Of a stretch of 64,000 nt of DNA, positions 1-10,131 are shown in pieces; position 1 is the stretch's first letter; each line of letters starts with the position of its first letter. A model generated the notes under the pieces. That model ran no database searches. It was not told the DNA's origin and worked only from the letters and a program-made list of their open reading frames with translations. Origin of the DNA: Patescibacteria group bacterium (GTDB lineage Bacteria; Patescibacteriota; Minisyncoccia; Ryanbacterales; GWA2-47-10b). The DNA lies in NCBI GenBank assembly GCA_038065475.1, contig JBBTQY010000001.1, positions 26,145 to 90,144 on the forward strand. The letters are read 5' to 3'. The translations under genes and the position numbers were made by a program.

Positions 1-2
1 AC

Positions 3-524
3 GCCATACTTGAGGAACCGCGCATTACTGCCCAACATAGTGTTATTGTAAACCTCGACAATCTCTTCTCCATACCAGATTTTCGTATCAACGAGCGCAT
101 ACTTCTTATACTCCATCGATTTGCAGAAAAAGCATCGGAATCATTTGTATGGATCCAAACTCGCTTTCCGACACACCAACTTTTCTCGCATTTTATACGC
201 CAAGATACAAAAGGTTTTCTCCAGCAAGAATGCAGTGAACGCATGCGCGCCGGCCTCCCCCCTGCAATTTTGTTTATCAAGGCTACATTGCATGAGAAAA
301 ATCGAGAGCAGCGGGAACAGAAAATAAAAATATTTGAAGAGCTTATAACACCCTTCGCAGAATACGTGTCGAGTTATCCTGCCTTCAACGACACATCAAC
401 ACACAACCTTCTCATCAGCATAAATGAACAGGTCTGGATGGCGAACGCTGAAGATCTCAAGGGCATTTTAGCTACTCACAACGGAGAGTGGGACGTTGCA
501 GTAGATCCAGAAAATATCCTATAG
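3..524 (+). CDS. priA: Primosomal protein N' (PriA), C-terminal part, 5'-truncated by the window edge
   Basis: Frame open from base 3: ...NLDNLFSIPDFRINER...VWIQTRFP...ERMRAGLPP...WDVAVDPENIL resembles PriA motifs PDFRxxER, IQT, R-x4-PP and C-terminal DVDP; priA-def-fmt synteny. Confidence 0.75.
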   Translation, partial: AILEEPRITAQHSVIVNLDNLFSIPDFRINERILLILHRFAEKASESFVWIQTRFPTHQLFSHFIRQDTKGFLQQECSERMRAGLPPAILFIKATLHEKNREQREQKIKIFEELITPFAEYVSSYPAFNDTSTHNLLISINEQVWMANAEDLKGILATHNGEWDVAVDPENIL

Positions 525-531
525 TAGTCCC

Positions 532-1074
532 ATGGCTTCCGATATCGTAACACTTCCTGCGCCCGTCCTGCGCAAAAAAGCTCCTTTGGTGACAAGGGAG
601 GAATTTGGTTCGAAAGAACTTACTCATATCATCCGTAATATGTCGAGTGCCCTTCGCAAAACGCCAGATGGTATCGGTATTGCGGCGCCACAAATAGGCA
701 TCTCGAAACAAATTTTTCTCGCCTCTGAAGAAGCACTTGCTATTGATGAGGGCTGGGAGCCAAAAGATGCGGCGGATGAACGCGCAAAGAAAAAAACTTG
801 GCAATATATTATTTTCATTAACCCCACGGTTATGAAGGTCTCATCAAAAAAAATACCAGGCAGCGAAGGATGTCTAAGCGTACCAAAAACCTATGGTATC
901 GTACCACGTGCGGAAAAAATCCGCGTGCGCGCCTATGACGAGCACGGCAAGGTGTTTGAACGTGGCGCCTCAAAATTGTTTGCGCGACTCTTGCAGCACG
1001 AGATCGATCATCTTGGTGGTACACTCTTTATCGATCACGCAACCAAAATCACAAAGATAGCGGACAAAAAATGA
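532..1074 (+). CDS. def: Peptide deformylase
   Basis: GIGIAAPQIG, EGCLS and QHEIDH motifs. Confidence 0.97.
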   Translation: MASDIVTLPAPVLRKKAPLVTREEFGSKELTHIIRNMSSALRKTPDGIGIAAPQIGISKQIFLASEEALAIDEGWEPKDAADERAKKKTWQYIIFINPTVMKVSSKKIPGSEGCLSVPKTYGIVPRAEKIRVRAYDEHGKVFERGASKLFARLLQHEIDHLGGTLFIDHATKITKIADKK

Positions 1075-1997
1075 AAAAGATCTCGATCGTATTTTTTGGT
1101 AACAGCGCATTTTCGGTAACGATACTCAATGCCCTCGTGCAAGCAAACTTTGATATACGAGCAGTCATCACAAGCCCCGATGAACCGAAAGGGCGCGGCG
1201 GCAAACCAACCCCCCCGCCAACCGCGCTCTATGCAAAAGAGCACGGATTGCCACTCTTGCAATCAACGCAACTAGATAAAAATGCCGTGCCGTCATGCGA
1301 TCTTGGCGTGATCGCATCATACGGTCACATCATACCCGATAGTATTTTGAGCGTACCCTCACACGGTACACTCAATGTGCATCCGTCACTTTTACCGCAC
1401 TATCGCGGGCCTACTCCAATTCAGACGGCGCTCGCAAATGGCGACACTTCTACCGGCACAACTATCATGCTTACTGATAAAGAGATGGATCATGGCCCAA
1501 TCATTGCTCAAGAATCTATCACTATAGACAGTAACGACAGCGCAATAACTCTTGAAGAAAAACTCGCGCGCACAAGCGCTAATCTTTTGGTAGACACGAT
1601 TCCTGCGTGGATTGAAGGTCGCATCCAGGCGCGACCGCAGGATCACGCAAATGCTACTTTTACCAAAATGCTTACAAAAGAGTCAGGTCATATCTGCTGG
1701 GATATGCCAGCGCGCGATATTATCAACAGTATTCGCGCATATAAAGCATGGCCTACGAGCTGGAATATACTCGACAAAAAAAATTTTAAAATCATCAATG
1801 CATCTATTTCAGATATACCTCGTGCCGCTAGCACGGTGCCGGGGACACTCATCACACACGATGGCAAACTCTATGCTGCAGCAAACGATTTTCTTGTACA
1901 TCTAGAAACAATACAGCCATCGGGTGGTAAACCGATGGCTGGTAAAGCTTTTTTTGCAGGACTGCGAGTAGACATCAGCACACTCAAACTCCTTTAG
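1071..1997 (+). CDS. fmt: Methionyl-tRNA formyltransferase
   Basis: FFGNSAFS, NVHPSLLPHYRGPTPIQ, MDHGPI; 4-bp overlap with def. Confidence 0.97.
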   Translation: MKKISIVFFGNSAFSVTILNALVQANFDIRAVITSPDEPKGRGGKPTPPPTALYAKEHGLPLLQSTQLDKNAVPSCDLGVIASYGHIIPDSILSVPSHGTLNVHPSLLPHYRGPTPIQTALANGDTSTGTTIMLTDKEMDHGPIIAQESITIDSNDSAITLEEKLARTSANLLVDTIPAWIEGRIQARPQDHANATFTKMLTKESGHICWDMPARDIINSIRAYKAWPTSWNILDKKNFKIINASISDIPRAASTVPGTLITHDGKLYAAANDFLVHLETIQPSGGKPMAGKAFFAGLRVDISTLKLL

Positions 1998-2004
1998 CTT
2001 TTCT

Positions 2005-3009
2005 CTACTTGAAAAGCACCCGCGCATCTTCCCAGAGTTCTGGCTCACCGCGTTCTTTGAGAGCATACCAAAACTCAACGCCCCAAAGATAAAACATATC
2101 GAAACCGGTGCGCGACGCGTACGCAGCCATTTCTGATAAATCGTCATCGCCAAAAGATTTCTCTCGCTCCGCGCGGGAAAAATTTTGTACTGCACCGGGC
2201 CCCCATGGCTCCGCTTGCAGCTCGATGACAACACTCTGACGCTTGTCGGTAAAAAGCGTGGCGAGAGCGTACTTGAGACGAAAAAATGAAGGCGGTAATG
2301 GATAGGTTACATACCCAAAGCGCTCCGTGTACACCGTACGATACATGGTTGTACCAAAAATATCTGCGCGCGACATAGCGGGCACCCACAATGACAATTC
2401 ACCTGAGTCAGTAATCACAATGGGACGCGAAGGGTCGAGTGAACGCACAAGCGCTATTTCCTGATCTAAAAATTCCTGATGAAATGGCGGGCAGATGCCA
2501 AATGGCAAAAATGGCTCATTCTCAACCTGCCATGCGACAATGGTATCCATGCCGCGATATCGCTCAACAACCATTTGTAGATAATTCAAAATAAGTTTGT
2601 CTTTTTCTGCATCAGTCATGTCGTGCGCCCATGCTGCTTCGTGACATTCTGGCCAACGTGGCACTTTGCGTCCAATCGCAACGATAACCTTTGCCCCTAC
2701 GTCGTCAGCGCGGCTCAACATATAATCGTAATCATCAAAATACCACTCGCCTTGTCGATGTTCGACCTCCGGCCAATAGACAGGAATACGCAAATGTCGC
2801 ACACCCAAATCTTGTAATATCGCCTCATACACCTCCGCCCACGCGATACCGAAGGATCGAGCATAGATATGTGAAAACGTTACCCCCCACACTTGTGGTT
2901 CACGTATGGGCGCGCGCACCACCAGCACATAACATCCGAGCAAAACTACTATCAATCCCCCCATAATGGCGCGAAGCACTTTGTGGCGTTTTCTGGCGTA
3001 ATACATCAT
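2005..3009 (-). CDS. Membrane-anchored clan GH-A glycoside hydrolase (GH5/GH42-like)
   Basis: N-terminal TM helix, LRIPVYW, WQVENEP (acid/base), IELQAEPW (nucleophile), YLWGVEFW. Confidence 0.75.
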   Translation of the reverse strand: MMYYARKRHKVLRAIMGGLIVVLLGCYVLVVRAPIREPQVWGVTFSHIYARSFGIAWAEVYEAILQDLGVRHLRIPVYWPEVEHRQGEWYFDDYDYMLSRADDVGAKVIVAIGRKVPRWPECHEAAWAHDMTDAEKDKLILNYLQMVVERYRGMDTIVAWQVENEPFLPFGICPPFHQEFLDQEIALVRSLDPSRPIVITDSGELSLWVPAMSRADIFGTTMYRTVYTERFGYVTYPLPPSFFRLKYALATLFTDKRQSVVIELQAEPWGPGAVQNFSRAEREKSFGDDDLSEMAAYASRTGFDMFYLWGVEFWYALKERGEPELWEDARVLFK

Positions 3010-3896
3010 GCAAAAAATAAAAGATATGACGCAAGTCCCAATGCAGCGATACCGCCCATCTTTGCCATCAGTGCGCCGCGCGAAAAATCTTCAGCCTCGT
3101 ACTCAGGCAATACGCGCGAAAGGATACCAGCAAGTAAAAATGCAAACAGATATTCAAAGCTACCAAGCGCATGTACGAGGGAAACCGACGCGTGGGCAAG
3201 TGCAAGGTTAATAAGAAACAATGCTACCGCGCCGACAATTTTATTTATACCAAACAGCGCTACACCACGAGGAGCTGGGGTCTTTGTGGTACGAATAATA
3301 CGCCGCGCGCTGGGAATAAGAAAAAGCAACAAAGCAAAAAGTATAAGACCAAGGCGCGTCCATACGAGACCGTTGATAAATGATGTGTGATTAAATACAA
3401 GCCGTGCAAAAACAAAATGTGTACTCAAACCCAGAGCGGCCGCGAAAGTCAGACCTCCTAAAAGTGCGCTAAAGAGCGCCTGCCCCCTACCCTCCCACGC
3501 AAGCAACACACCGCCAACAATCAAAAGAGCGAAAACGCCCGCATTCCATGCGCCCACCTGTTCACCTAAAATTTCTGCCGAAAGTGCGATAGTAGTAAAG
3601 GGCGCAATACCCACAAAGAGCGGCACTACGCGTGAAACTTCAAACCTGCGCAATGCACTATAAAAACAAAAAAGTGAGGCACCAAACGCAAGACCTGATA
3701 CGAGTGCGTAGCCTGCAATTTGAGGCGACAATATCGAAAAATCATAAAATGCAAATATTACAACAAAGCTGCTCAAAACGCCCGTCCAAAAAGTATATAC
3801 TCGCGGATCGGGAATGGTGCCCGTCAAAAGCCCTTTATCGATAATCTTTGAAAGCGCTGCACAAAAATATCCTACAAGAGCTATGGCTGGCCACAT
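3006..3896 (-). CDS. EamA/DMT-family transporter
   Basis: About 10 TM helices in two repeats; YSALRRFEVSRVVPL and ASVSLVHAL. Confidence 0.8.
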   Translation of the reverse strand: MWPAIALVGYFCAALSKIIDKGLLTGTIPDPRVYTFWTGVLSSFVVIFAFYDFSILSPQIAGYALVSGLAFGASLFCFYSALRRFEVSRVVPLFVGIAPFTTIALSAEILGEQVGAWNAGVFALLIVGGVLLAWEGRGQALFSALLGGLTFAAALGLSTHFVFARLVFNHTSFINGLVWTRLGLILFALLLFLIPSARRIIRTTKTPAPRGVALFGINKIVGAVALFLINLALAHASVSLVHALGSFEYLFAFLLAGILSRVLPEYEAEDFSRGALMAKMGGIAALGLASYLLFFA

Positions 3897-3898
3897 AG

Positions 3899-4183
3899 TT
3901 ATTGATTTCCTAGTAGTATCTGAACTTCTACTAACCCCTCGCCGATGGCATGAAGCTCGATAGCGCGAAGATCTTCCTCAATGGCACCCGGATCCAGAGA
4001 ATCGCCTGAGGTGAGTATGCGCTCAATAGCTGGATCGCCAAGAGGGGCTGCCGGCAACTCTGCCGCCTGCGTATGCTCGGTCACGCGAACGATATCACGC
4101 ATCCAAAGCGTACTAAAAGTCACAAGCGCTGACATCAGCACAATAGCCGCCAGAGGTAAATGTGCCTTGAGATGCGGTATCAT
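3899..4183 (-). CDS. Hypothetical single-pass membrane protein
   Basis: Hydrophobic N-terminus; tightly packed between neighbouring genes. Confidence 0.6.
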   Translation of the reverse strand: MIPHLKAHLPLAAIVLMSALVTFSTLWMRDIVRVTEHTQAAELPAAPLGDPAIERILTSGDSLDPGAIEEDLRAIELHAIGEGLVEVQILLGNQ

Positions 4184-4695
4184 TGGGTCTCTTTGAGCTT
4201 GAGTACAATGCCGATAAGCGTTGTGTGTGCTGCGCGCATCGGGGTGGCGACTTCTTTTTCGAAACGCATAATAATTCTACTGGCACGCGTACGCAACGTG
4301 GTGCGTATATCGGCGACTAAAATTTTTTCAAACTCAATTTTTATACTATCGAGAGCGTCTTGGGCTTCAGCAATACGCGTACGGCTGTAGGCAAGCTTGG
4401 TGCGCAATTGTTCAGAGTCTTCCGTAAGTTCTCGCGCACTCAATGCTCGCTCAATGCGACCTGCCTCATGTTCCAAACGAATGAGAGAGGCTAGCGTTTT
4501 ATTGTACGTAGAAAGAAAATGCTCTTTGAGTCGTGCACGTGTATCTACAGAAAGCATATATTCCGGTGCAGGGTTTTGAAAATCAAGAAATTTAAGTTCG
4601 CCTCGTAAAAACATCTCGCGAGGCCCTGCGAAGATAGCAAGCGGCAACGCAAGAGAAGATATAATAATGCCAACTACGAAAAAAGGCCGCATCAT
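4180..4695 (-). CDS. Hypothetical secreted coiled-coil protein
   Basis: Signal-peptide-like N-terminus (AIFA), helical heptad-rich body; TAAAAT 6 nt upstream of ATG. Confidence 0.65.
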   Translation of the reverse strand: MMRPFFVVGIIISSLALPLAIFAGPREMFLRGELKFLDFQNPAPEYMLSVDTRARLKEHFLSTYNKTLASLIRLEHEAGRIERALSARELTEDSEQLRTKLAYSRTRIAEAQDALDSIKIEFEKILVADIRTTLRTRASRIIMRFEKEVATPMRAAHTTLIGIVLKLKETQ

Positions 4696-4770
4696 AAGCC
4701 TATTTTACGGCTCATCGCCTCCACAGGCTATGCATATCTTATCCACATGATATCCAGAGATATCGTATTT

Positions 4771-5202
4771 CTACTTTTCGCGGACAATCAACTTTCCTAC
4801 TTGGTCGTAATGACCTCGCGGCTTACCATCAATCACTCCGTCGCCGCAGGCAACCGAGCAATAAAACTGAAACTCCCCCGCTTGCGAGGCGATAAATTGT
4901 ATCGTTGTCGTGCTCTTTGGAAAAATACGTTCATTGACTGCAAATTCATCGAGACCGATACCGTGATCGTACGCATCTTCATTGTAAATATGCAAAATTA
5001 CTTTTGCGCCTTTAGTTGTTTCAAACATATTCGGCTCAAAAAGCCAGCTGCCCTCAACCGATCGCATGTTTCGCTCGAGCACCGTTACGCCATCCCAAGC
5101 GACAGCACCTATATTGGCAGGTCGAAAATATTTTTGATAGACAACGCCACCTCCAATCAAAACCGCAGCAAATAGAAGAAAAACAATATATTTGTTACCC
5201 AT
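4771..5202 (-). CDS. Membrane-anchored cupredoxin-domain protein
   Basis: TM helix, FEP, DHG, GEFQFYCSVACG...GH motif; divergent from copA. Confidence 0.85.
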   Translation of the reverse strand: MGNKYIVFLLFAAVLIGGGVVYQKYFRPANIGAVAWDGVTVLERNMRSVEGSWLFEPNMFETTKGAKVILHIYNEDAYDHGIGLDEFAVNERIFPKSTTTIQFIASQAGEFQFYCSVACGDGVIDGKPRGHYDQVGKLIVREK

Positions 5203-5279
5203 AGGTATGCACAGGGAGCTTTATATTCCCGTGATAAGATAGAGTTAATACTATTACTATAGCATAATTCTTCTTTTTT

Positions 5280-7664
5280 ATGGCAACCATTCGTCAAAGT
5301 TATCGCGTACAGGGCATGCACTGCGCAAACTGCCAAGTACTCATCAACAAAATTCTCTCTGCGCAAAAGGGTGTCTCGAAGGCAAATGCAAATTATAGCT
5401 CCGAGCGCTTGATCGTCGAATATGATCCGGCGACCATCACCCTCGACGCTATGCAAGGTATTCTCAAAAAAGTGGGCTACGGACTTATCGTACCCAAAGA
5501 AGGGGCCTTGGAAGAAGAAGAAGTAGAAAAACATCGCCTCGCAGAGATAAAACACCTGCGCAACCGCACTATTATCTCGTTTTTGCTTGCCACGCCGATC
5601 ATCCTCTACTATATGGCGGTGCACATGTTTAACCTTCAGCACGGCCACGCGCTTTGCGCGGGGGGTGATGCCATCATCAAGGTAATCGATGGCGCATGCA
5701 CCAACGGCACCTTCATTGATCTCAACTGGATTTATCTGATCATGACTACGCCTATTCAGTTTTTTGTGGCATGGCCCTTCTATCGCAACGCCTATACAGC
5801 ATTGAGGGTGGGCTCAACCAATATGGATGTACTTGTAGTACTTGGTACTACAACCGCCTATCTCCTCTCTGCATTTGGATTTTTCTTCTCAATTTCATTC
5901 AAAGCTGGCTACCAAGACGTTTGGCAAGGTTTGAGTCATCCCTATTGGGAATCGTCAGCGGCACTCATATCATTTCTTATTTTGGGACGCTATTTTGAAG
6001 CGCGCGCCAAGGGGCAGGCATCGAGTGCCATTCGAAAACTTCTCAAGCTTGCACCCCAAGATGCCATTATCATTCGTGATGGCAAGGAAGTAACCGTAAA
6101 AATTGGTGATATCCAGATTGGTGATATATTCCTCGTAAAACCGGGCGAAAAAGTTGCTACTGACGGCATTGTAGTTGAGGGTGAGACTGCAATTGATGAA
6201 AAAATCATTACTGGTGAATCAATACCGGTTAACAAAAAAGCTGGCGATCAGGTTATCGGGGCAACGGTAAACAGCTATGGACTCCTCAAGTGTCGCGCAT
6301 CCAAAGTGGGCAAAGACACCCTACTCCATCAAATCGTAAAGATGGTAGAAGAAGCTCAATCAGCACGCGCGCCCATTCAAGATTTTACTGATCGTGTTTC
6401 CGAATATTTTGTACCAGCCATTGTGGTCATCGCCCTCCTTTCGTTTTTCTATTGGTATTACATCGCGGGCAAAATCATTGCGGTCGCACTCTTGGCCGCC
6501 GTCTCTGTCCTTGTAATCTCATGCCCTTGCGCTATGGGGCTCGCAACACCAACCGCCATCATGGTAGGTACGGGCCGTGGTGCCGAGTTTGGCGTACTGC
6601 TTAAGGGTGGCGAGGCACTCGAAAAAACTCGCTCACTCAACGCTATAGCCTTTGATAAAACGGGAACGCTCACAAAAGGTGAGCCTTCAGTCACCGACAT
6701 AGTACCTTTAGGTGAACTCTCGCGCGACGAGGTTTTGAAAATTGCTGCTACCGCTGAACGCGGATCTGAGCATCCGCTTGCACAAGCAGTAGTAAAAGCG
6801 GCAAAAGATTTAAATCCCCCAGAACCCAAAGAGTTTAAAAACGTTTCAGGCAAAGGAGTTTCCGCCCTTTATGAAGGCAAAACAGTTTTGGTTGGCAACG
6901 ACGAGCTCATGAAATCAATGAATATTGATTATATTGCAGGCGAGAAAGACCTTGACCGCCTACAGGGCGAAGCCAAGACCGCAGTTTTTATCGCCTATGA
7001 TGGCAAATTGATCGGCGTACTTGCGATGGCTGATACCCTCAAAGAATATGCAAAAGAGACTATTGCTGAGCTTAAAAAGCGCGGGCTTGAGATTATCATG
7101 ATCACGGGTGACAATCAAAAAACCGCAGACGCGATAGCAAAACTTGTTGGTATTGATCGCGTCATGGCGAAAGTTCTACCCGAGAAAAAAGAAGAAGTCA
7201 TCAAAGAGCTTCAAAAGCAGGGCAAGCGTGTGGCTATGGTCGGCGACGGGGTAAACGACTCCCCTGCCCTCGCGCAAGCTGAGGTCGGCATCGCTGTGGG
7301 ATCAGGTACTGATGTCGCCATCGAGACCGGCAGCATTGTACTCATCAAAGACGATTTGCGTGACATTGTGACGGCTCTCGATCTCTCACGTAAAACTATC
7401 CGCAAGATTTGGCAAAATCTTTTCTGGGCCTTTATTTATAATATTGTGGGTATTCCCCTTGCCGCAGGGCTTCTTTACTACATCGGGCAAAATTATCCTG
7501 CATTTGTTGCGGGTCTTCCGTGGGGCAAAAGTGCGTTTAACGCATTTCTCAAGCCTGAATACGCCGGTTTTGCCATGGCATTTAGTTCGGTATCAGTAGT
7601 AGGAAACTCGCTCCTTCTCAAATATTTCCGCGAACCCAAGATTGCGAGAGAAAAAGCAGCGTAG
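5280..7664 (+). CDS. copA: Cu(I)-translocating P1B-1 ATPase
   Basis: GMHCANC metal-binding domain, TGES, CPC, DKTGTLT, SEHP, GDGVND, YN and MAFSS. Confidence 0.95.
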   Translation: MATIRQSYRVQGMHCANCQVLINKILSAQKGVSKANANYSSERLIVEYDPATITLDAMQGILKKVGYGLIVPKEGALEEEEVEKHRLAEIKHLRNRTIISFLLATPIILYYMAVHMFNLQHGHALCAGGDAIIKVIDGACTNGTFIDLNWIYLIMTTPIQFFVAWPFYRNAYTALRVGSTNMDVLVVLGTTTAYLLSAFGFFFSISFKAGYQDVWQGLSHPYWESSAALISFLILGRYFEARAKGQASSAIRKLLKLAPQDAIIIRDGKEVTVKIGDIQIGDIFLVKPGEKVATDGIVVEGETAIDEKIITGESIPVNKKAGDQVIGATVNSYGLLKCRASKVGKDTLLHQIVKMVEEAQSARAPIQDFTDRVSEYFVPAIVVIALLSFFYWYYIAGKIIAVALLAAVSVLVISCPCAMGLATPTAIMVGTGRGAEFGVLLKGGEALEKTRSLNAIAFDKTGTLTKGEPSVTDIVPLGELSRDEVLKIAATAERGSEHPLAQAVVKAAKDLNPPEPKEFKNVSGKGVSALYEGKTVLVGNDELMKSMNIDYIAGEKDLDRLQGEAKTAVFIAYDGKLIGVLAMADTLKEYAKETIAELKKRGLEIIMITGDNQKTADAIAKLVGIDRVMAKVLPEKKEEVIKELQKQGKRVAMVGDGVNDSPALAQAEVGIAVGSGTDVAIETGSIVLIKDDLRDIVTALDLSRKTIRKIWQNLFWAFIYNIVGIPLAAGLLYYIGQNYPAFVAGLPWGKSAFNAFLKPEYAGFAMAFSSVSVVGNSLLLKYFREPKIAREKAA

Positions 7665-7678
7665 TATCATAACCTTAT

Positions 7679-7897
7679 ATGGCAATTGTAAAAAAACAAT
7701 TTGATGTAGGTGGCATGCACTGCGGCTCGTGTGCGGCAGGCATCCAGATGGTGCTCTCAACCCAAGACGGCATTAAAAACGCCTCAGTCAGCTGGGACAC
7801 CAAATCGGGCGAGGTTGAGTTTGATGACTCAAAAGTAACCGTAGAACAAATCCAAAAATCAGTCTCCGAGCTCGGATACTCAGCTACACCAAAGTAA
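7679..7897 (+). CDS. copZ: Copper chaperone (HMA domain)
   Basis: GMHCGSC, 72 aa, directly after copA. Confidence 0.9.
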   Translation: MAIVKKQFDVGGMHCGSCAAGIQMVLSTQDGIKNASVSWDTKSGEVEFDDSKVTVEQIQKSVSELGYSATPK

Positions 7898-7912
7898 TAA
7901 TACTCTGAGAAC

Positions 7913-7944
7913 AAAAAAAGCGTGACCCCATGTCACGCTTTTTT
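7913..7944. terminator. Bidirectional intrinsic terminator
   Basis: aaaaaaagcgtgac-cccat-gtcacgctttttt between convergent genes. Confidence 0.85.
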
Positions 7945-7966
7945 GTTTAGCCCAGCAGCACCGCGT

Positions 7967-8143
7967 TTACAAAAACGCGATGAGCAGCCAGCTGAGCGCT
8001 GCCGATATCACAAGTGCTATGAGTCCCGTGATGAGTGCGCGCGATGCGGAAATTTTTTCTTTTTTATAGAAGATGCCCGCAACTGTCGGGCCAGCGATAA
8101 AAAGTACCAGTGACGCGATCCAAACGACTGAGAGAAAATCCAT
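7967..8143 (-). CDS. 58-aa two-TM membrane protein (not in the ORF track)
   Basis: Hand translation MDFLSVVWIASLVLFIAGPTVAGIFYKKEKISASRALITGLIALVISAALSWLLIAFL; starts 11 nt after the upstream gene and ends before the terminator. Confidence 0.65.
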   Translation of the reverse strand: MDFLSVVWIASLVLFIAGPTVAGIFYKKEKISASRALITGLIALVISAALSWLLIAFL

Positions 8144-8154
8144 AATAAGCAGAT

Positions 8155-10083
8155 TTAGTGCGCGTGCCCACCGCCACCCTGCATCATCGAGCCCCCTTCG
8201 GGTCCTTGAGTGACTGAAATATCAAAGGTGGTTGTATATACGTCACCCCCGCGCGAAAACTGCGCAAATGCCCTATAGAGGCCTGGGTACGGAAATGCAG
8301 CATGAACGTCAATGAGAGGGCCAAATACGGCGTCTGGGGGCACCTCATGGCCGTAGCCGGGTACCTCACCATGCGTATGGATAAAATAACCAAGATCATA
8401 ACTCCAGATAGCCAAATGCATGGGCGCCCCAAGATACGCGACCATGTCATTTACTGGAGTGCCATCGTCGTTAGTCATTGTGTATTCAAGATGTGCTGAT
8501 ACGCCTGATTGAATTTGCCCCGGATCAGTTTTGAGGTTTACCGTAAGGTCATCAAATTTTTCTTCGCGCATCAGGTTTTTTGTGATTGCAACCGGCTCCG
8601 GTTTGCCACCTGGCACTGTCACAATATTCTGCACCGTGCCTGCGTGCCCCTGGTGCAAAAATCCACTCGCCAGCGAATAGGTACCCGCCTTAGGAAATGT
8701 GACGTAGATAGGATATTCTCCCTTGGCACGCATCTCGTCAGTGATCTGACCGTAATCATCAGGATGCACATGCATAAATGTCTCAAGGTCTTCAGAGACA
8801 ATGATGACGTGCACCAAACGCTCATGCTCGATCTTGAGATCTTGCAATGGTGCGCCGTTCTCATCTTTGAGCGCGATAGTTATTCGGGTCAACTCGCCAG
8901 GCCTTGGCATCAGTGGATCAGTAGTAACCACACCTTGAAACGCTGGCGCAGTTTCCATATGAGTCGCATGAAATTGGAAATTATGAGGCAATACCCAGCC
9001 AAACAGCGTATAGAGACCAATGCCGAGCCAAATTACAAAACCCAAATAGGTGCGTGACGCGGCAACTTTCTGAGCACGCTCCGCCTCAAGAGCCTCGTGC
9101 GCTTCTTTGCGCTTTTTCCACCAAATCCAGACAAACGGTATGAGCCATATGGTGACCATAACGTAGCTGCCCAGCCATAAATTGTCTCCCAGAGGTAACT
9201 CGTGCGCATGACCCAATTGGCCAATATTTGACCCTAGCAAGCCCGTAATCGCCTCTTCTTGCGTCACGCTCTCCAGATATGTGTGGATGCCTGAATATAC
9301 ATACCAGTCATGAGTAAAGGTACCGAGGGTAAACAAAAATCCTGCGACAAAGACCATTGCCCATCCGGTCGTCTTCTCAACCTTGGTGCGGTGTTTTACC
9401 AAAAAGCCAGTAGCGTTGACCCCCAAGATTGCGTAAAACGTCAAAATAAAGAGCGGAGTGACGCGCCCGAGTGCTTGCACTACCATGATAAGCCAGCCCT
9501 GAAACGCGCTGCCGCTGACCAAAATCTGCGGGATGATCACGCCATTGAACAACGGATTGGGGCACCCAACACCCACATTGCCCAAAAAGAGACCGAGCAA
9601 AAATGCTTTGACATATTCCTGCTGCTTTTGGATAAAATCAGGAAACGCGCCACCGTAGGTAGGCATCTTGATACCTTTAAGACCTATATCATGAAATGCA
9701 AAAAGGAGCCCCATGGCACCTGCAAACATATACATCCAATTTTTTGCAGTCTCAGCGCTACCCAAAAAGGTTTGGCCGATAGCGCCCAAAAGCGCCCCGT
9801 AAAAACTGAGAGTAATCGTCACACCAGCGGCAAATGCAGCTGCAATACCAATGCCACGAATATATCCCTTGCCCATGGCGAGCGGCACTACCACGAATGC
9901 AAGCGGCAGCGTGCAGGGCAAAAAGATCATAGTGAGACCTACCGCATAGTCATATATATAGAAAAAGGCGCTGTCAGTAGTGGGTGCGGCAAAAAATACC
10001 CACCGGAGGCCGATGGCAAAAACTGCAGTCAGGATAACGGTAAGGACAAGAAGCGGAAGGCGCGTCTTTTGGCTTTCTTCCAT
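8155..10083 (-). CDS. CcdA/DsbD-like TM domain fused to two His-rich extracellular metal-binding Ig-like domains
   Basis: FLPCTLP and GCPNP Cys-Pro pair; HERLVHVIIVSEDLETFMHVHP and YLGAPMHLAIWSYDLGYFIHTHG repeats; C-terminal GHAH. Confidence 0.75.
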   Translation of the reverse strand: MEESQKTRLPLLVLTVILTAVFAIGLRWVFFAAPTTDSAFFYIYDYAVGLTMIFLPCTLPLAFVVVPLAMGKGYIRGIGIAAAFAAGVTITLSFYGALLGAIGQTFLGSAETAKNWMYMFAGAMGLLFAFHDIGLKGIKMPTYGGAFPDFIQKQQEYVKAFLLGLFLGNVGVGCPNPLFNGVIIPQILVSGSAFQGWLIMVVQALGRVTPLFILTFYAILGVNATGFLVKHRTKVEKTTGWAMVFVAGFLFTLGTFTHDWYVYSGIHTYLESVTQEEAITGLLGSNIGQLGHAHELPLGDNLWLGSYVMVTIWLIPFVWIWWKKRKEAHEALEAERAQKVAASRTYLGFVIWLGIGLYTLFGWVLPHNFQFHATHMETAPAFQGVVTTDPLMPRPGELTRITIALKDENGAPLQDLKIEHERLVHVIIVSEDLETFMHVHPDDYGQITDEMRAKGEYPIYVTFPKAGTYSLASGFLHQGHAGTVQNIVTVPGGKPEPVAITKNLMREEKFDDLTVNLKTDPGQIQSGVSAHLEYTMTNDDGTPVNDMVAYLGAPMHLAIWSYDLGYFIHTHGEVPGYGHEVPPDAVFGPLIDVHAAFPYPGLYRAFAQFSRGGDVYTTTFDISVTQGPEGGSMMQGGGGHAH

Positions 10084-10131
10084 GCGATTAGTATAGCAAG
10101 CCGCAAAGCAAAACCGCTTGTTGATAAAAAG

